From positions 1-64,000 of the forward strand of contig CAWJRJ010000018.1 in assembly GCA_963845245.1 (NCBI GenBank): a DNA stretch of 64,000 bases. Direction: 5' to 3'. Origin of the DNA: Nitrospirota bacterium. Its GTDB lineage: Bacteria > Nitrospirota > JACRHJ01. The notes under the pieces were generated by a model. It saw nothing but the letters and a program-made list of their open reading frames with translations, searched no databases and was not told the DNA's origin. Position numbers and translations under genes: made by a program. This document shows, one piece after another, positions 8,979 through 19,186 of the stretch. Each line of letters starts with the position of its first letter. Positions within the stretch are counted from its first letter, which is position 1.

Positions 8979-11072
8979 ATGGACGGCCTTATAGGGTTTT
9001 ATGCAGTTTATCTTTATGTTTTGGCAGTTGCTGTAATTATCTTCCTGATCTATAAATCCATAGTCATAGTAGGAGGCACGGAACTCGCTGTTCTGGAGAG
9101 GAAATATTTTGGAAGAAAGATGCCTCAGGGAAGGGTAATCGCCATGGGCGACGAGGTCGGCGTGCAGGCCGGTACCCTCGGGCCGGGCATGCATTTCCTC
9201 ATCCCGTTCCTCTATACCGCCAGGAAGCACCCTTTCACCAGTATAGGAGAGGACGAGATAGGCCTGATAGAGTCGATAGACGGGAATCCCGTGCCTCCGG
9301 GCAAGATATTCGCCAAGGTAGTGGAAGGCCACAACTCCTTCCAGGACGGGGAGGCGTTTCTTGCCAACAGCGGTGAGAAAGGCCCTCAAATACAGATACT
9401 GCCTCCGGGCTCATACAGGATAAACCCGGTCCTCTTTAACGTCATAATTGACGAGTCGGTGATAATAGACAAAGGCAAGGTAGGGCTGGTGACATCCATG
9501 GACGGCAAGCCCATCCCTTCGGGAAGGCTTCTGGCCAGCCATCTTGACGGCCACGCCAACTTCGAGGACGGGCAGGCCTTCCTGAACAACGGAGGACAGA
9601 AAGGCCCGCAGATAGACATACTCCTTCCGGGTACGTACAGGATAAACAAGTCGTTATTCAGGGTGGAGATAGTGGAGGCGACTGTTATCCCGGCGAACAA
9701 GGTCGGGCTTGTCACCGCGCTCGACGGTGCGGTTCTGCCGGAAGGCGAGTACGTCTCAACCTCTGTGACCGGCCACAACGACTACCAGAACGCATCTATG
9801 TTCCTCGACGCGGGTGGCCAGCGCGGCCCGCAGTTCGACGTCCTGCGCCCGGGCACGTACTACATAAACCCGATGATGTTCAAGGTGGAGCTGGACGACG
9901 TCGCCGTTATCGAGAGGGGCCAGGTCGGTGTTGTAGTGTCAAACGTCGGGCGTGAACCGTCGTCGGTCAGGGCGGCAGTGGAGGAGAAGGGCGAGACTGA
10001 GAAAGTGGCCGATGCCGCCGCAGCCAACATCGACGGGAGGCTGGACAAGGGGCTTGAAAGGTACGTCGTAACCAAGGGCTTCAGGGGCATACAGCAGGAG
10101 GTGGTCGGGCCGGGCAGGTATTACCTTAACAGGCGCGCATACATCGCCTACATCATAGACACCACCAATATAACGATAGATTGGGAGAATTCGAAAGAAA
10201 CCCGGTTCGACACCCTGAAGGTAATCTCGAAGGATGGCTTCCCAATCGATGTTTCTGTAAAGGTGGTGGTAAGGATAAGGCCCGATCAGGCGCCGTACAT
10301 GGTGGCAAAGATCGGCTCGATAGACAACCTCATCCTACATGTTATCCACCCGATGATCGATTCCAGTTTCAGGAACCAGGCGTCGTCCACCTCGGCCATG
10401 AATTTCATGCAGGACCGCCAGGAGGAGCAGAAGAAGGCCGAGGACAGGACGAAGATGGAACTCGACAAATACCACGTCGAATGCGTCTCGGTCCTGATAT
10501 GTCAGATAAACCTGCCGCAGGAGCTGATGGATACACAGACCAAGAAGATTATCGCGGAGCAGCAGCGCGCCATGTTCGAAGCCGAACAGCAGGCCGAGCA
10601 GACGAGGATCGCCACGGAGAAGACCCGAGCGGAGGCCAACCAGCAGTCCGCGCTCGTGGCCGCGGAGATCGGCGTGAAGGTCGCCGAGCAGAACAAGCAG
10701 CAGGCGATAAAATTTGCGGAAGGCGAGGGTGAGAGCCTCAGGCTGAAGGCGCAGGGCGAGGCAGCCGGCATAAAGGCGAAGGGCGATGCCGAGGCCTCAA
10801 GGATACTAGCGATAGGCAAGTCCACGGCCGAGGCATACGAGCTTCAGAACAAGGCCATAGGCCAGCAGGGCGTTACCGCAATAGAGATAGCCAAACAGAT
10901 AGCATCCGGCAAAGTCAAGATAACCCCGGACCTCCTCGTCCAGGGAGGCGACAACATGGGCGGGCTGATGTCGGCGTTCATGTCCCAACTTATAACGGGC
11001 GGTGTGTCGGCTCCGGTCAAAAAGCCCGCGCCCGCTGTCGTGCCGGGAGTAGAAAGCCCCGCCGTCAATTAA
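8979..11072 (+). CDS. Flotillin-like SPFH/band-7 membrane protein with three inserted tandem repeats of about 65 aa
   Basis: N-terminal TM, then the start of an SPFH domain, then 3 repeats sharing VG(L/V)V...DG...P.G...GH..(F/Y).(D/N)..(A/S)(F/M)L..GG.(K/R)GPQ...(I/V)L.PGTY.IN...F.V, then a canonical SPFH core. The tail is flotillin-type and Ala/Glu/Gln-rich (AEQQRAMFEAEQQAEQTRIATEKTRAEANQQ). Confidence 0.7.
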   Translation: MDGLIGFYAVYLYVLAVAVIIFLIYKSIVIVGGTELAVLERKYFGRKMPQGRVIAMGDEVGVQAGTLGPGMHFLIPFLYTARKHPFTSIGEDEIGLIESIDGNPVPPGKIFAKVVEGHNSFQDGEAFLANSGEKGPQIQILPPGSYRINPVLFNVIIDESVIIDKGKVGLVTSMDGKPIPSGRLLASHLDGHANFEDGQAFLNNGGQKGPQIDILLPGTYRINKSLFRVEIVEATVIPANKVGLVTALDGAVLPEGEYVSTSVTGHNDYQNASMFLDAGGQRGPQFDVLRPGTYYINPMMFKVELDDVAVIERGQVGVVVSNVGREPSSVRAAVEEKGETEKVADAAAANIDGRLDKGLERYVVTKGFRGIQQEVVGPGRYYLNRRAYIAYIIDTTNITIDWENSKETRFDTLKVISKDGFPIDVSVKVVVRIRPDQAPYMVAKIGSIDNLILHVIHPMIDSSFRNQASSTSAMNFMQDRQEEQKKAEDRTKMELDKYHVECVSVLICQINLPQELMDTQTKKIIAEQQRAMFEAEQQAEQTRIATEKTRAEANQQSALVAAEIGVKVAEQNKQQAIKFAEGEGESLRLKAQGEAAGIKAKGDAEASRILAIGKSTAEAYELQNKAIGQQGVTAIEIAKQIASGKVKITPDLLVQGGDNMGGLMSAFMSQLITGGVSAPVKKPAPAVVPGVESPAVN

Positions 11073-11103
11073 CACCCGAAGATACAAATGTGTCTTGATG
11101 GAA

Positions 11104-11137
11104 GGAACGGGGTTGCGGTATCCTGCAACCCCGTTCC
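11104..11137 (+). terminator. Terminator-like hairpin after the flotillin-like gene (13-bp stem, weak U-tract)
   Basis: GGAACGGGGTTGC-ggtatcct-GCAACCCCGTTCC. Confidence 0.35.
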
Positions 11138-11400
11138 TCCGTTCGAGCTCTTGAGTCAAGAAAATGGCTGATATCATTAAAAGATATTAATATTGCGGCC
11201 TCGAGCCGTTTTTTTTTTCGGCAGGCCATCTCCGGCTAATATTGCAATTAAATCAATAGCATAATCTGGCTATTAATATATCGGTTAATCAGTGATAGCC
11301 TATACCGTATGTTACCTAACCGATTCACTTTATTTAATAATTTGACATTAATATAAATGAGGTATATTTTTGCACATTATTTTATATACAGGAGATAACG

Positions 11401-11589
11401 ATGGCTAAGCCAAAATCTGAGATCGAGAGAAAGTTCTTTGGGTTCAGGCTGAATCCGGCCTTGGTCATAGGCATAAAAATCCTGGCCGCCAAGAGGGAAA
11501 AACCCGTTAATCAATCCCTTGAGGAGGCGATTTCGGAGTATCTGGCCAGAAATGGGGAAAAGTTACAAAACGAGTCAGCTCAACTTTAA
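11401..11589 (+). CDS. Small ribbon-helix-helix (Arc/CopG-like) DNA-binding protein candidate
   Basis: 62 aa: a beta-strand (KFFGFRLNP) followed by two helices (ALVIGIKILAAKREKP / SLEEAISEYLARN). It lies in a 680-bp AT-rich intergenic island with a TTGACA-N15-TATATT promoter upstream (about 11343-11370). Confidence 0.35.
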   Translation: MAKPKSEIERKFFGFRLNPALVIGIKILAAKREKPVNQSLEEAISEYLARNGEKLQNESAQL

Positions 11590-11782
11590 GTGATTAAAGG
11601 TTCGCGCAACTGCCTTTAGAAACCTGCATTCCTTTCAAAGCCAATACCTGAATCAATAAAATATCAAATAATAATGAGTTTTGTTCCGGTGCCGTTTCCA
11701 GGCAGTGGTCAAGGCTCAGTTATCTGTTGACAAACAAGGCATTATCCAATATCGTATCTTCATATTACAATAGAAGGTACCC

Positions 11783-12467
11783 ATGCCCGACTTATCCGTT
11801 TCCGAAAAACCGACCATCCTGATAATCGAAGATTCAATCGACCTGGTCGAGCTATTGAAGCGCCGCTTTGAGTCTGAACATAACCTTTATTACACCCAGG
11901 ACGGCAGCGAGGGCATAAGGCTGTCCAAGGAGCTCAAGCCGGACATAATCCTGCTGGATGTAAACCTGCCGCGCGTTAACGGATTCGATGTATTGAAGGA
12001 GATACGGGTCGCGGACTCGGCGCGGAAGATAGTGGTGCTGATGATAACCGGCCTTTCGGACCCGGACAACATAGTTAAGGCGCTCAGCCTGGGGGCCGAC
12101 GACTATATCATCAAGCCGTTCAACCTGATGGAGTTGTCCGCGCGCATAAAGTCCCACCTTACTATAAAACATCTCCAGAGACAGATTGTAGGCGTGGAGA
12201 GGCTGAATATCCTCCGGGAGGTGGCAGTCAGCTTCAACCACGAAATAAACAACCCGCTCATGTCCATCTCAACTTTTGCATCTTTCCTTAAAAGAGAACT
12301 CGAAGGTTCAAGCGATGAGGCGAAGGAGAGCGTCGAGGGAATACTGGAGGAAGTGGAGCAGGATCGCTGACATAGTAAAGAAGCTTTCCGCGGCGACAAG
12401 GGCCGCCTCTATTGAATATGGCCCCGGAATCAACATGATCGACTTCGAGCACTTGACGGATGATTGA
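11783..12467 (+). CDS. Response-regulator receiver fused to a HisKA (DHp) domain without an ATPase domain; apparent frameshift near 12360
   Basis: The REC domain (ILIIEDS...DIILLDVNLP...GADDYIIKPF) is followed by the H-box SFNHEINNPLMSISTFASFL. The ORF ends at 12467 with no HATPase_c region. Confidence 0.55.
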
Positions 12468-15149
12468 GAAACTGAAATATCCCGGCCGCATACTTATAGC
12501 GGAAGACGAAGACTCTTTAAGAGAGGCACTTGTAGTATTCCTGAAGTCCAGGGGATATGTCACAGCCGAGGCTGCAGACGGTATCACCGCCTTTGAGATG
12601 GCAGGCCTCTCCAGCTATGACCTCCTCATCACTGACCTGAACATGCCGGGGATGTCCGGTGAAGAACTCTTGGACAAGATGGACGAACTTGAATTTGAAC
12701 GGCGTCCTGCGGTAGTGGTGATGACGGGACATAGCACTCTGGACTCCGCGATCAAAGGCATTAATGCCGGGATTAGCGCCTATATCAGGAAGCCGCTTAA
12801 CCTTGTCGAGATAGAAACTTCGATAAAGACGGCCATCGAGAGGCGGAGGCTGGAGAAGGAACTCAGGGGCTATTACAGGGATCTCGACCGCAAGGTGGAG
12901 GAACGCACGCGGGAGCTCTCCCTGATAAACAAGTTCTCGGCCCTGATAAACAGCTCTTTCTCCCTTGAGAAAATACTCGAAGATGCCGTCGAAGACCTTG
13001 TAAAGTCAATGGAAGCCGATGCTGCATGGATATACCTCTCTGAAGGCAAGCCTCCGCTTTACAGGTTGAAGGCGAGCAGGGGTCTTTCAAAAAGTTTCAT
13101 CGGGGCTGCATCATCGATAGACCCAAAGGCCTTTGCCTCCGTTTCCGGCAGGATGGACGGCCCGGCTTCGATGCTTTGCAACGGCCCGCTTCCTCCCGGT
13201 GCCCCTATTTCCGAAGCAGTGCAAGCGGCGGGTTTCACTTCGGCCGTGCATGCCTCCATCCAGTCCGGCAGGCTCCGCATCGGAAGCATGGGAGTGGCGT
13301 CGAAGACCGGTAAACAATTCCAGGAATCCCACCTGCAGCTCATAGCATCCTTCGGAAACCACATCGGCATCGCGATAGAGAAAATAAGGCTTTACCAGAA
13401 AGAGAAGGCAATATCCAAGGACCTTGAGAAGAAGGTCAACCAGCTCCTTGTCATGAACTGGATGGGAAACAGGGCGAGGGTGTCAAAGGGTCTTGAAGAG
13501 ACCGGGAAGATGCTCGTGTCGTCGATAGCCGAAGCGCTCGGCTTTGACAGGGTCTGTCTCTGGGTATTCGACAAGGATGGGCGCACGCTTTACCTCAAGG
13601 CATGCCACGGTTTGGATGCGAGTTTGTATCGCGACTCATGCCGCGTGGACAGTTCTAAAATAACCTCTTTCAGCCTGGACAGGGGAGAGGCTGTGCTGGT
13701 GACAAGCTCGTTCTGTTCCTTCTCGGACGCAAAGGAGATCTTTGGGAGCATCAGGGAGACTGTCGTCGCGCCCCTTGTCGTGCGTAGCGACAAAGGGGGC
13801 GGAACTCAACTGCTGGGAGCATTTCAACTGCGGGCAGAGTTCCTGCAGCGCATACATGAACAGCGGACTCGCCTGCTGGACTCTTACAGAAAGCTGTATG
13901 AAGACGTCCGAAAGGATGAACCTCCTTGACAAGATGGAGGTCTGCAAAAAGTGCGATGTGTACCAGACGAATACGAGCGGCAAGGGGATCGGGCTGATAT
14001 GCGCAGACAACAGCATCGGTGGCAAAGAGATAACCGGCGATGACGTAAAAGTACTGAACGTATTTGCAAACTCTGCCGCGGCCATAATAGAAAACATGAT
14101 GCTGATGGAGAAGCTCCTTGATGACGAGCACTTCATCGACGGCATGATAACCAACATGTCATCCGGCCTGCTTGTGACGGACATTGACGGAAGGGTCAGG
14201 ATCCTGAACAATGCGGGCGCAGAGATATTGAGGACCGAAAGGGAGTCGCTTGAGGGGCAGTTGCTGGCGGACGTCTACCCGGAGGCCGAGGCAATGCTGA
14301 ACATAGTCGGCTCAAAACTCGGCCGCGAAATGGATATTGATGACTCCGGACGGCATGGTGCCTGTCGGTTTTACCAATTCATACCTTGTGGAAAAGGACG
14401 GGACTGACGGCGGCGTCATAGTCGTATTCAAGGACTTGAGCGATATAAGAAAACTTCACGAACAGCTCAGGGAAAGGGAACACTTCTCGGCTATCGGCAA
14501 GGTGGCCGCGGGCGTCGCCCACGAGATACGCAACCCGCTGTTCGGGATAACCTCGGTAGCCCAGATACTCGGGAGGGAGATAAAGGACGATACGCCGCAG
14601 AAGGCGCTTATCGACGCCATGCTCTCAGAGACTTCCAGGCTCAACACCCTTGTAGAGGACATGCTGCTCTACGGCCGTTCAACGAAACTGTCGCCTCAAC
14701 CGGTTGACCTCAACGAACTGATTGAGGGCGTTGTTCGCTTCCACCAGGGCGGTATAACCGAGAAGGGCTTGAAGATACTGAATAATTTTGACAAGGAGCT
14801 GCCCCAGCTAATGCTGGACCAGGGACAGATGAAACAGGTCTTCCTTAACCTTCTTGTCAACGCGGTCGATGCGTCCGTAACGGGCGGCGAAATAATAGTG
14901 AGGACAGGCGTCAAGGGAGAGTCCGCAGTTATAGAGATCGCCGACAACGGGGTGGGTATCCCCGTAGACGACGTCCCTAAGGTGTTCGACCTGTTTTATA
15001 CCACCAAGGAAAAGGGCACCGGGCTCGGGCTCGCCATATGCAGAAAGATTGTCGAGGACCACGGCGGTACCGTTACCATTTCGAGCATGCCCGGGAAGGG
15101 CACATCGATCCGGATAAGACCTACCGTTACAGGCGGCCAGGGTCAGCGG
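12460..15149 (+). CDS. Hybrid sensor histidine kinase: REC-GAF-GAF(with Cys-rich insert)-PAS-HisKA-HATPase; frameshifts near 13797 and 14340; no in-frame stop before the downstream activator
   Basis: N-terminal REC (RILIAEDEDS...DLLITDLNMPGMSG) and two GAF-like regions. The second GAF contains CWEHFNCGQSSCSAYMNSGLACWTLTESCMKTSERMNLLDKMEVCKKCDVYQ. A PAS domain follows, then HisKA (AGVAHEIRNPLFGI) and HATPase (DNGVGIP...GTGLGLAICRKIVEDHGG). Confidence 0.7.
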
Positions 15150-16498
15150 TTGAACAGGACGCTGCTTATCATAGACGACGAAAAGTCTGTCCGCCAGTCT
15201 CTCCGGTATATGTTCAAGAACAAGGGCTACGATATCCATGAGGCCGGCAATGCGGCCGAAGGGGTCGCGGCCGCAAAAGCCGTCCAGCCTGACCTCGCCA
15301 TACTTGACTACAGGCTTCCCGACAAGACAGGCCTCGACGCGCTGGCCGAGTATAAAGGACGCCGCCCCCGACTGCCTTGTCATCATGCTGACCGCTTACG
15401 GGAGCATCCCGGACGCGGTTGTAGCGATGAAAAAAGGCGCCTTCGACTACCTGACCAAACCCGTAGACATCGACATGCTTGAGATAGCCGTGGAAAGGGC
15501 CGCCGGGGTCAGGCTTCTAAAACAGGAAAACGACAACCTGAAAAGCCTGAGCAGGCATGGCCCCGGAAGGGATCATCGGCGAATCGATGGAGGTCCACAA
15601 GCTGCTGCTCATAATAGGGATACTGGCCGAGAACAAGGACACCACCGTCCTCATCGAAGGCGAGTCCGGCACCGGCAAGGAACTGGTCGCAAAGAACATC
15701 CACAATATGAGCGCGCGCAGGGGAAGCCCTTTCGTGGACATCAACTGCGCGTCCCTTTCCGAGAACCTCCTGGAGTCCGAGCTGTTCGGGCACGAAAAAG
15801 GCTCGTTCACGGATGCAAAAGAGGCGAAGAAGGGGCTGGTCGAGATAGCGAACGGCGGCACGCTTTTCCTTGATGAGATAGGCGAGCTTTCGCCTTCCCT
15901 CCAGCCGAAGCTTCTTGAGGGTGCTTGAGACAAAGACGTTCCGCCGGGTAGGGGGGGTCAAGGATATAAAGGTCGACGTCAGGTTCGTGGCTGCCACGAA
16001 CCGCGACCTCGCTGAAGCGGTGGCTGCGAAGCAGTTCAGGGAGGACCTGTACTACCGTCTGCGCGTCATGCCCATCACGATACCCCCGCTGCGCGAAAGG
16101 GGAAAGGATGTACTGGTGCTTGCAAGGCATTTCGTGTCGCTTTTCTCCCGCGGCCTCAAGAAAGATGATCGAGGGGATCTCGCCGGAGTGTGAACCGTTG
16201 CTCCTTTCATATGGCTGGCCGGGCAACATCAGGGAGTTGAAGAACGTCATGGAACGTGCCGTGATCCTTGCCTCCGGCCCGTATATAATGCCTGAACACC
16301 TTGCCCGTGAGCTTACCGACCTCGCGTCTTCCGGCCCGAAGAGCAGGACTGCCGTCCCAAGCCTTGATAGAGATGGAAGCAAAACACATAACAGCGGTAC
16401 TCACAAGCGCCGGCAATAACCACTCTGAGGCCGCAAGGGCGCTAGGCATAAGCCGCACGACCCTCCTGGCAAAGATCAAAAAATTCCGCCTCGACTGA
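15150..16498 (+). CDS. Sigma54-dependent transcriptional activator (NtrC family: REC-AAA+-Fis HTH); about 4 apparent frameshifts; a TTG start is assumed
   Basis: REC ([14 protein letters not shown]...[14 protein letters not shown]), then the AAA+ sigma54-interaction domain ([34 protein letters not shown]), then a C-terminal HTH ([22 protein letters not shown]). It is in the same frame as the upstream kinase, with no stop between them. Confidence 0.7.
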
Positions 16499-16608
16499 CC
16501 CGTTCAATGTAGTGTTTCTGAACAGCCTGCCTGTCCAATTTTTGTACACACAGACACACCGATAATGATCTAAGTATGCATATTGTTGATATATATGTAT
16601 TTTATTTG

Positions 16609-16624
16609 TGGCACGGGACTTGCT
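16609..16624 (+). promoter_or_regulatory. Sigma54 (-24/-12) promoter upstream of the chemotaxis operon
   Basis: TGGCACgggacTTGCT matches TGGCAC-N5-TTGCW exactly. It lies 53 nt upstream of the first che-operon gene and about 110 nt downstream of a sigma54 activator gene. Confidence 0.65.
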
Positions 16625-16676
16625 TTTTCGATAGCCAGTGCAACCGTAGGTGCGTGTTCAAATGCTGGAGGATTAA

Positions 16677-17078
16677 ATGGAGATGACAAAAAGGATATTG
16701 ATTGTCGACGACGAGCCGACCATCCTGCTGAGCCTCTCATACTGCCTGAAGAACGAGCATGTTGAGGTGATAACCTCTTCGAGGATCGAGGCGGCGGAGG
16801 AAGCGCTTTCCAGGTACCCATTCGACCTGGTAATCGCGGACATAAGGATGAGCGGGATGTACGGCATCGAGGGGCTTGAGCTTCTAAGCTATGTGAAAAA
16901 GATCAGGCCGGAGACTGCGGTTATAATAATGACCGCATACGGTTCGGACGAGATAAAGGCGGAGGCTCTTAGACGCGGCGCGTTCTGGTATTACGACAAG
17001 CCGCTGAACATAGAGCACCTGTTGGGAAAGGTAAGCGAACTTGGTATCCCCATCTCAGGCATGGCGTCCTTGAGCTGA
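16677..17078 (+). CDS. Single-domain response regulator (CheY-like)
   Basis: REC domain: ILIVDDEPT...DLVIADIRMSGMYG...GAFWYYDKP. Confidence 0.85.
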   Translation: MEMTKRILIVDDEPTILLSLSYCLKNEHVEVITSSRIEAAEEALSRYPFDLVIADIRMSGMYGIEGLELLSYVKKIRPETAVIIMTAYGSDEIKAEALRRGAFWYYDKPLNIEHLLGKVSELGIPISGMASLS

Positions 17079-17107
17079 TTATCAGCTGGCAAATAACAGG
17101 GGGAAAT

Positions 17108-17497
17108 ATGCTAAAGAAGATTCTTATAGTCGACGACTCATCCCTTTTGCACCAGATGTACAAGCTGGTATTCATGCGCTACAAGGGTTGCAAGGTGATC
17201 TCGGCTATGAACGGGCTGGAAGCGCTCGACAAGCTCTCGCAGGAAGACGGTATAGAGCTTGTGCTGCTGGACATAAACATGCCTGTGATGAACGGGCTTC
17301 AGTTCTTGCAGAACATCCAGGAAGACGGCAATTACAAGGGGCTGCCCATCATAATAGTCAGCACCGAGGGGAAGGAAGAGGATACGCTCAGGGGCCTGTC
17401 CATGGGGGCCAGGGGCTACATCAAAAAGCCGTTCCAGCCCGCCGAGCTGCACACGATGATAGAGAAGATCTTTTCCGGCAGCGCCGTCACCGCATAA
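17108..17497 (+). CDS. cheY: Chemotaxis response regulator CheY
   Basis: REC domain of 129 aa (ILIVDDSS...LVLLDINMPVMNG...GARGYIKKPF), immediately upstream of cheA. Confidence 0.85.
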   Translation: MLKKILIVDDSSLLHQMYKLVFMRYKGCKVISAMNGLEALDKLSQEDGIELVLLDINMPVMNGLQFLQNIQEDGNYKGLPIIIVSTEGKEEDTLRGLSMGARGYIKKPFQPAELHTMIEKIFSGSAVTA

Positions 17498-17506
17498 GAG
17501 GCTAAA

Positions 17507-19186
17507 TTGGAAGAATTCGATACTTCCGGTCTTATACAAGAATACATCGACGACGCCAGGGGGCATCTTGAAAAGCTGGACTCTACGCTCCTTGAGATCG
17601 AGAAAGAGTCGGGCCAGGGGTTAGATGTTGAACTTGTCTCAGACCTGTTGGGCGCGCTTCACACCCTGAAGGGAAATTCGGGGATGATGGGTTTTGAGTC
17701 CCTCCAGAAATACGTCCATGAGCTGGAGAGCGTATTCAAATCACTCCTCGAAGGGAAAAACGGGCTGGATGAGGCGTTCCTGCAGACTCTTTTCGAGGCT
17801 GCCGGTTCTATCCGCGAGACCCTTGAACAGATCGAACGAGACCCGAAGTCCCAACCGGACCTCACCGCGCAAAAGCGCGTCCTTGAAGGACTTGCGGCCA
17901 ACGGCACCACGGGCCAGGCAAAGGCCCCAGCCTCGCCGCAGAAGGTAGACAGCTTTAAATACATAGCAGAAAAATCCAACATATTAAAAGTCGACTTCGA
18001 GCGGCTCGACCACCTTCTGAACCTTGCAGGCGAACTCGTGATACACAGGACGAAGCTTTCGCAGGTCGAGAAAAAGTTCAAGGAGCTGAAGGCCGAAAAG
18101 GAACTTGCCGCAGAGCTGACCGAAGCCAACTTCCTTATACAGAAGGCGGTAACAGAACTCCAGGAAGCGATAATGAAGGTCAGGATGCTTCCTGTACGCC
18201 ATGTATTCCAGCGTTTCCCCAGGATGGTCCGGGACCTCGCAAGGGAACGCGGCAAGGAAATCGAGATAATCTTCAAGGGCGAATCCACCGAACTCGACAA
18301 GACGGTCATCGACGAGATAGGCGAACCACTCCTCCACCTTATCAGAAACTCGGTGGACCACGGGATAGAGATGCCCGATGAACGTGTCAGGAAGAACAAG
18401 TCGCCGGTAGGCGAGATCGTGCTTTCCGCGGCCCAGGAAGGAAACAACATAATCATAACGGCGTCCGATAATGGCGCCGGCATCGACGTGGAGTCGGTCA
18501 GGGCCAAGGCCGCCCACATGTATACCGAGGAATCCCTCGAAGGCATGGCGGAGGATAACGTCCTCGACCTGATATTCGAGCCGGGTTTTACCACCGCAAG
18601 CGAAGTTACCCAGATATCCGGACGCGGCGTCGGGCTCGACGTCGTACGAAAGAGCGTATCGAACCTCGGCGGGATCGTGGAGGTTGCAAGCCAGCGTGGC
18701 ACAGGCACTACTTTCACCATCAAGCTTCCGCTCACCCTGGCGATCATATCGGCACTGCTGGTAAAAGGCGGAGACGAACTGTATGCGCTTCCGCTCTCCT
18801 CTGTTATCGAAAGCCTGAGGTTGGAGCCGTCCGAGTTGCAGACCGTGAACAACCGGGAGGTCATAATGCTCAGGGACAGGGTTCTCCCGCTCGTGCGCCT
18901 TTCTGAACTCTTCCACATTGAAAAGGCGCATGACCTGGGCCGCCTTTATGTCGTTGTCGTTGGCAGGGCCGAAAAAAAGGTCGGGCTTGTCGTGGACTCG
19001 CTCATGGGAAGACAGGAGATAGTCATAAAGACGCTTGGCGATTATGTCGGGGAGAACGCCGGGATTGCCGGCGCCACCATACTCGGAGACGGAAGCGTAG
19101 TGCTTATACTTGATGTCGCGGGCCTTATCGAGAAAAACATGCTCAAGGCCGACAGGAGAAGTTCGATATACAAGGAGGTGACGTAG
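17507..19186 (+). CDS. cheA: Chemotaxis histidine kinase CheA (TTG start)
   Basis: Hpt domain (HTLKGNSGMMGF), dimerisation region, HATPase (DNGAGID, GRGVGLDVV), and a C-terminal CheW-like domain. Confidence 0.9.
   Translation: MEEFDTSGLIQEYIDDARGHLEKLDSTLLEIEKESGQGLDVELVSDLLGALHTLKGNSGMMGFESLQKYVHELESVFKSLLEGKNGLDEAFLQTLFEAAGSIRETLEQIERDPKSQPDLTAQKRVLEGLAANGTTGQAKAPASPQKVDSFKYIAEKSNILKVDFERLDHLLNLAGELVIHRTKLSQVEKKFKELKAEKELAAELTEANFLIQKAVTELQEAIMKVRMLPVRHVFQRFPRMVRDLARERGKEIEIIFKGESTELDKTVIDEIGEPLLHLIRNSVDHGIEMPDERVRKNKSPVGEIVLSAAQEGNNIIITASDNGAGIDVESVRAKAAHMYTEESLEGMAEDNVLDLIFEPGFTTASEVTQISGRGVGLDVVRKSVSNLGGIVEVASQRGTGTTFTIKLPLTLAIISALLVKGGDELYALPLSSVIESLRLEPSELQTVNNREVIMLRDRVLPLVRLSELFHIEKAHDLGRLYVVVVGRAEKKVGLVVDSLMGRQEIVIKTLGDYVGENAGIAGATILGDGSVVLILDVAGLIEKNMLKADRRSSIYKEVT

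Noticed and set aside
11401-11589. RHH ORF as the antitoxin of a toxin-antitoxin pair.
   Set aside because: No toxin-like ORF is adjacent. The next gene is a response regulator 190 bp away with its own promoter-like signal.
16583-16765. 60-aa ORF overlapping the sigma54 promoter region.
   Set aside because: It lies across an intergenic promoter and the start of the RR gene and has no coding signal.
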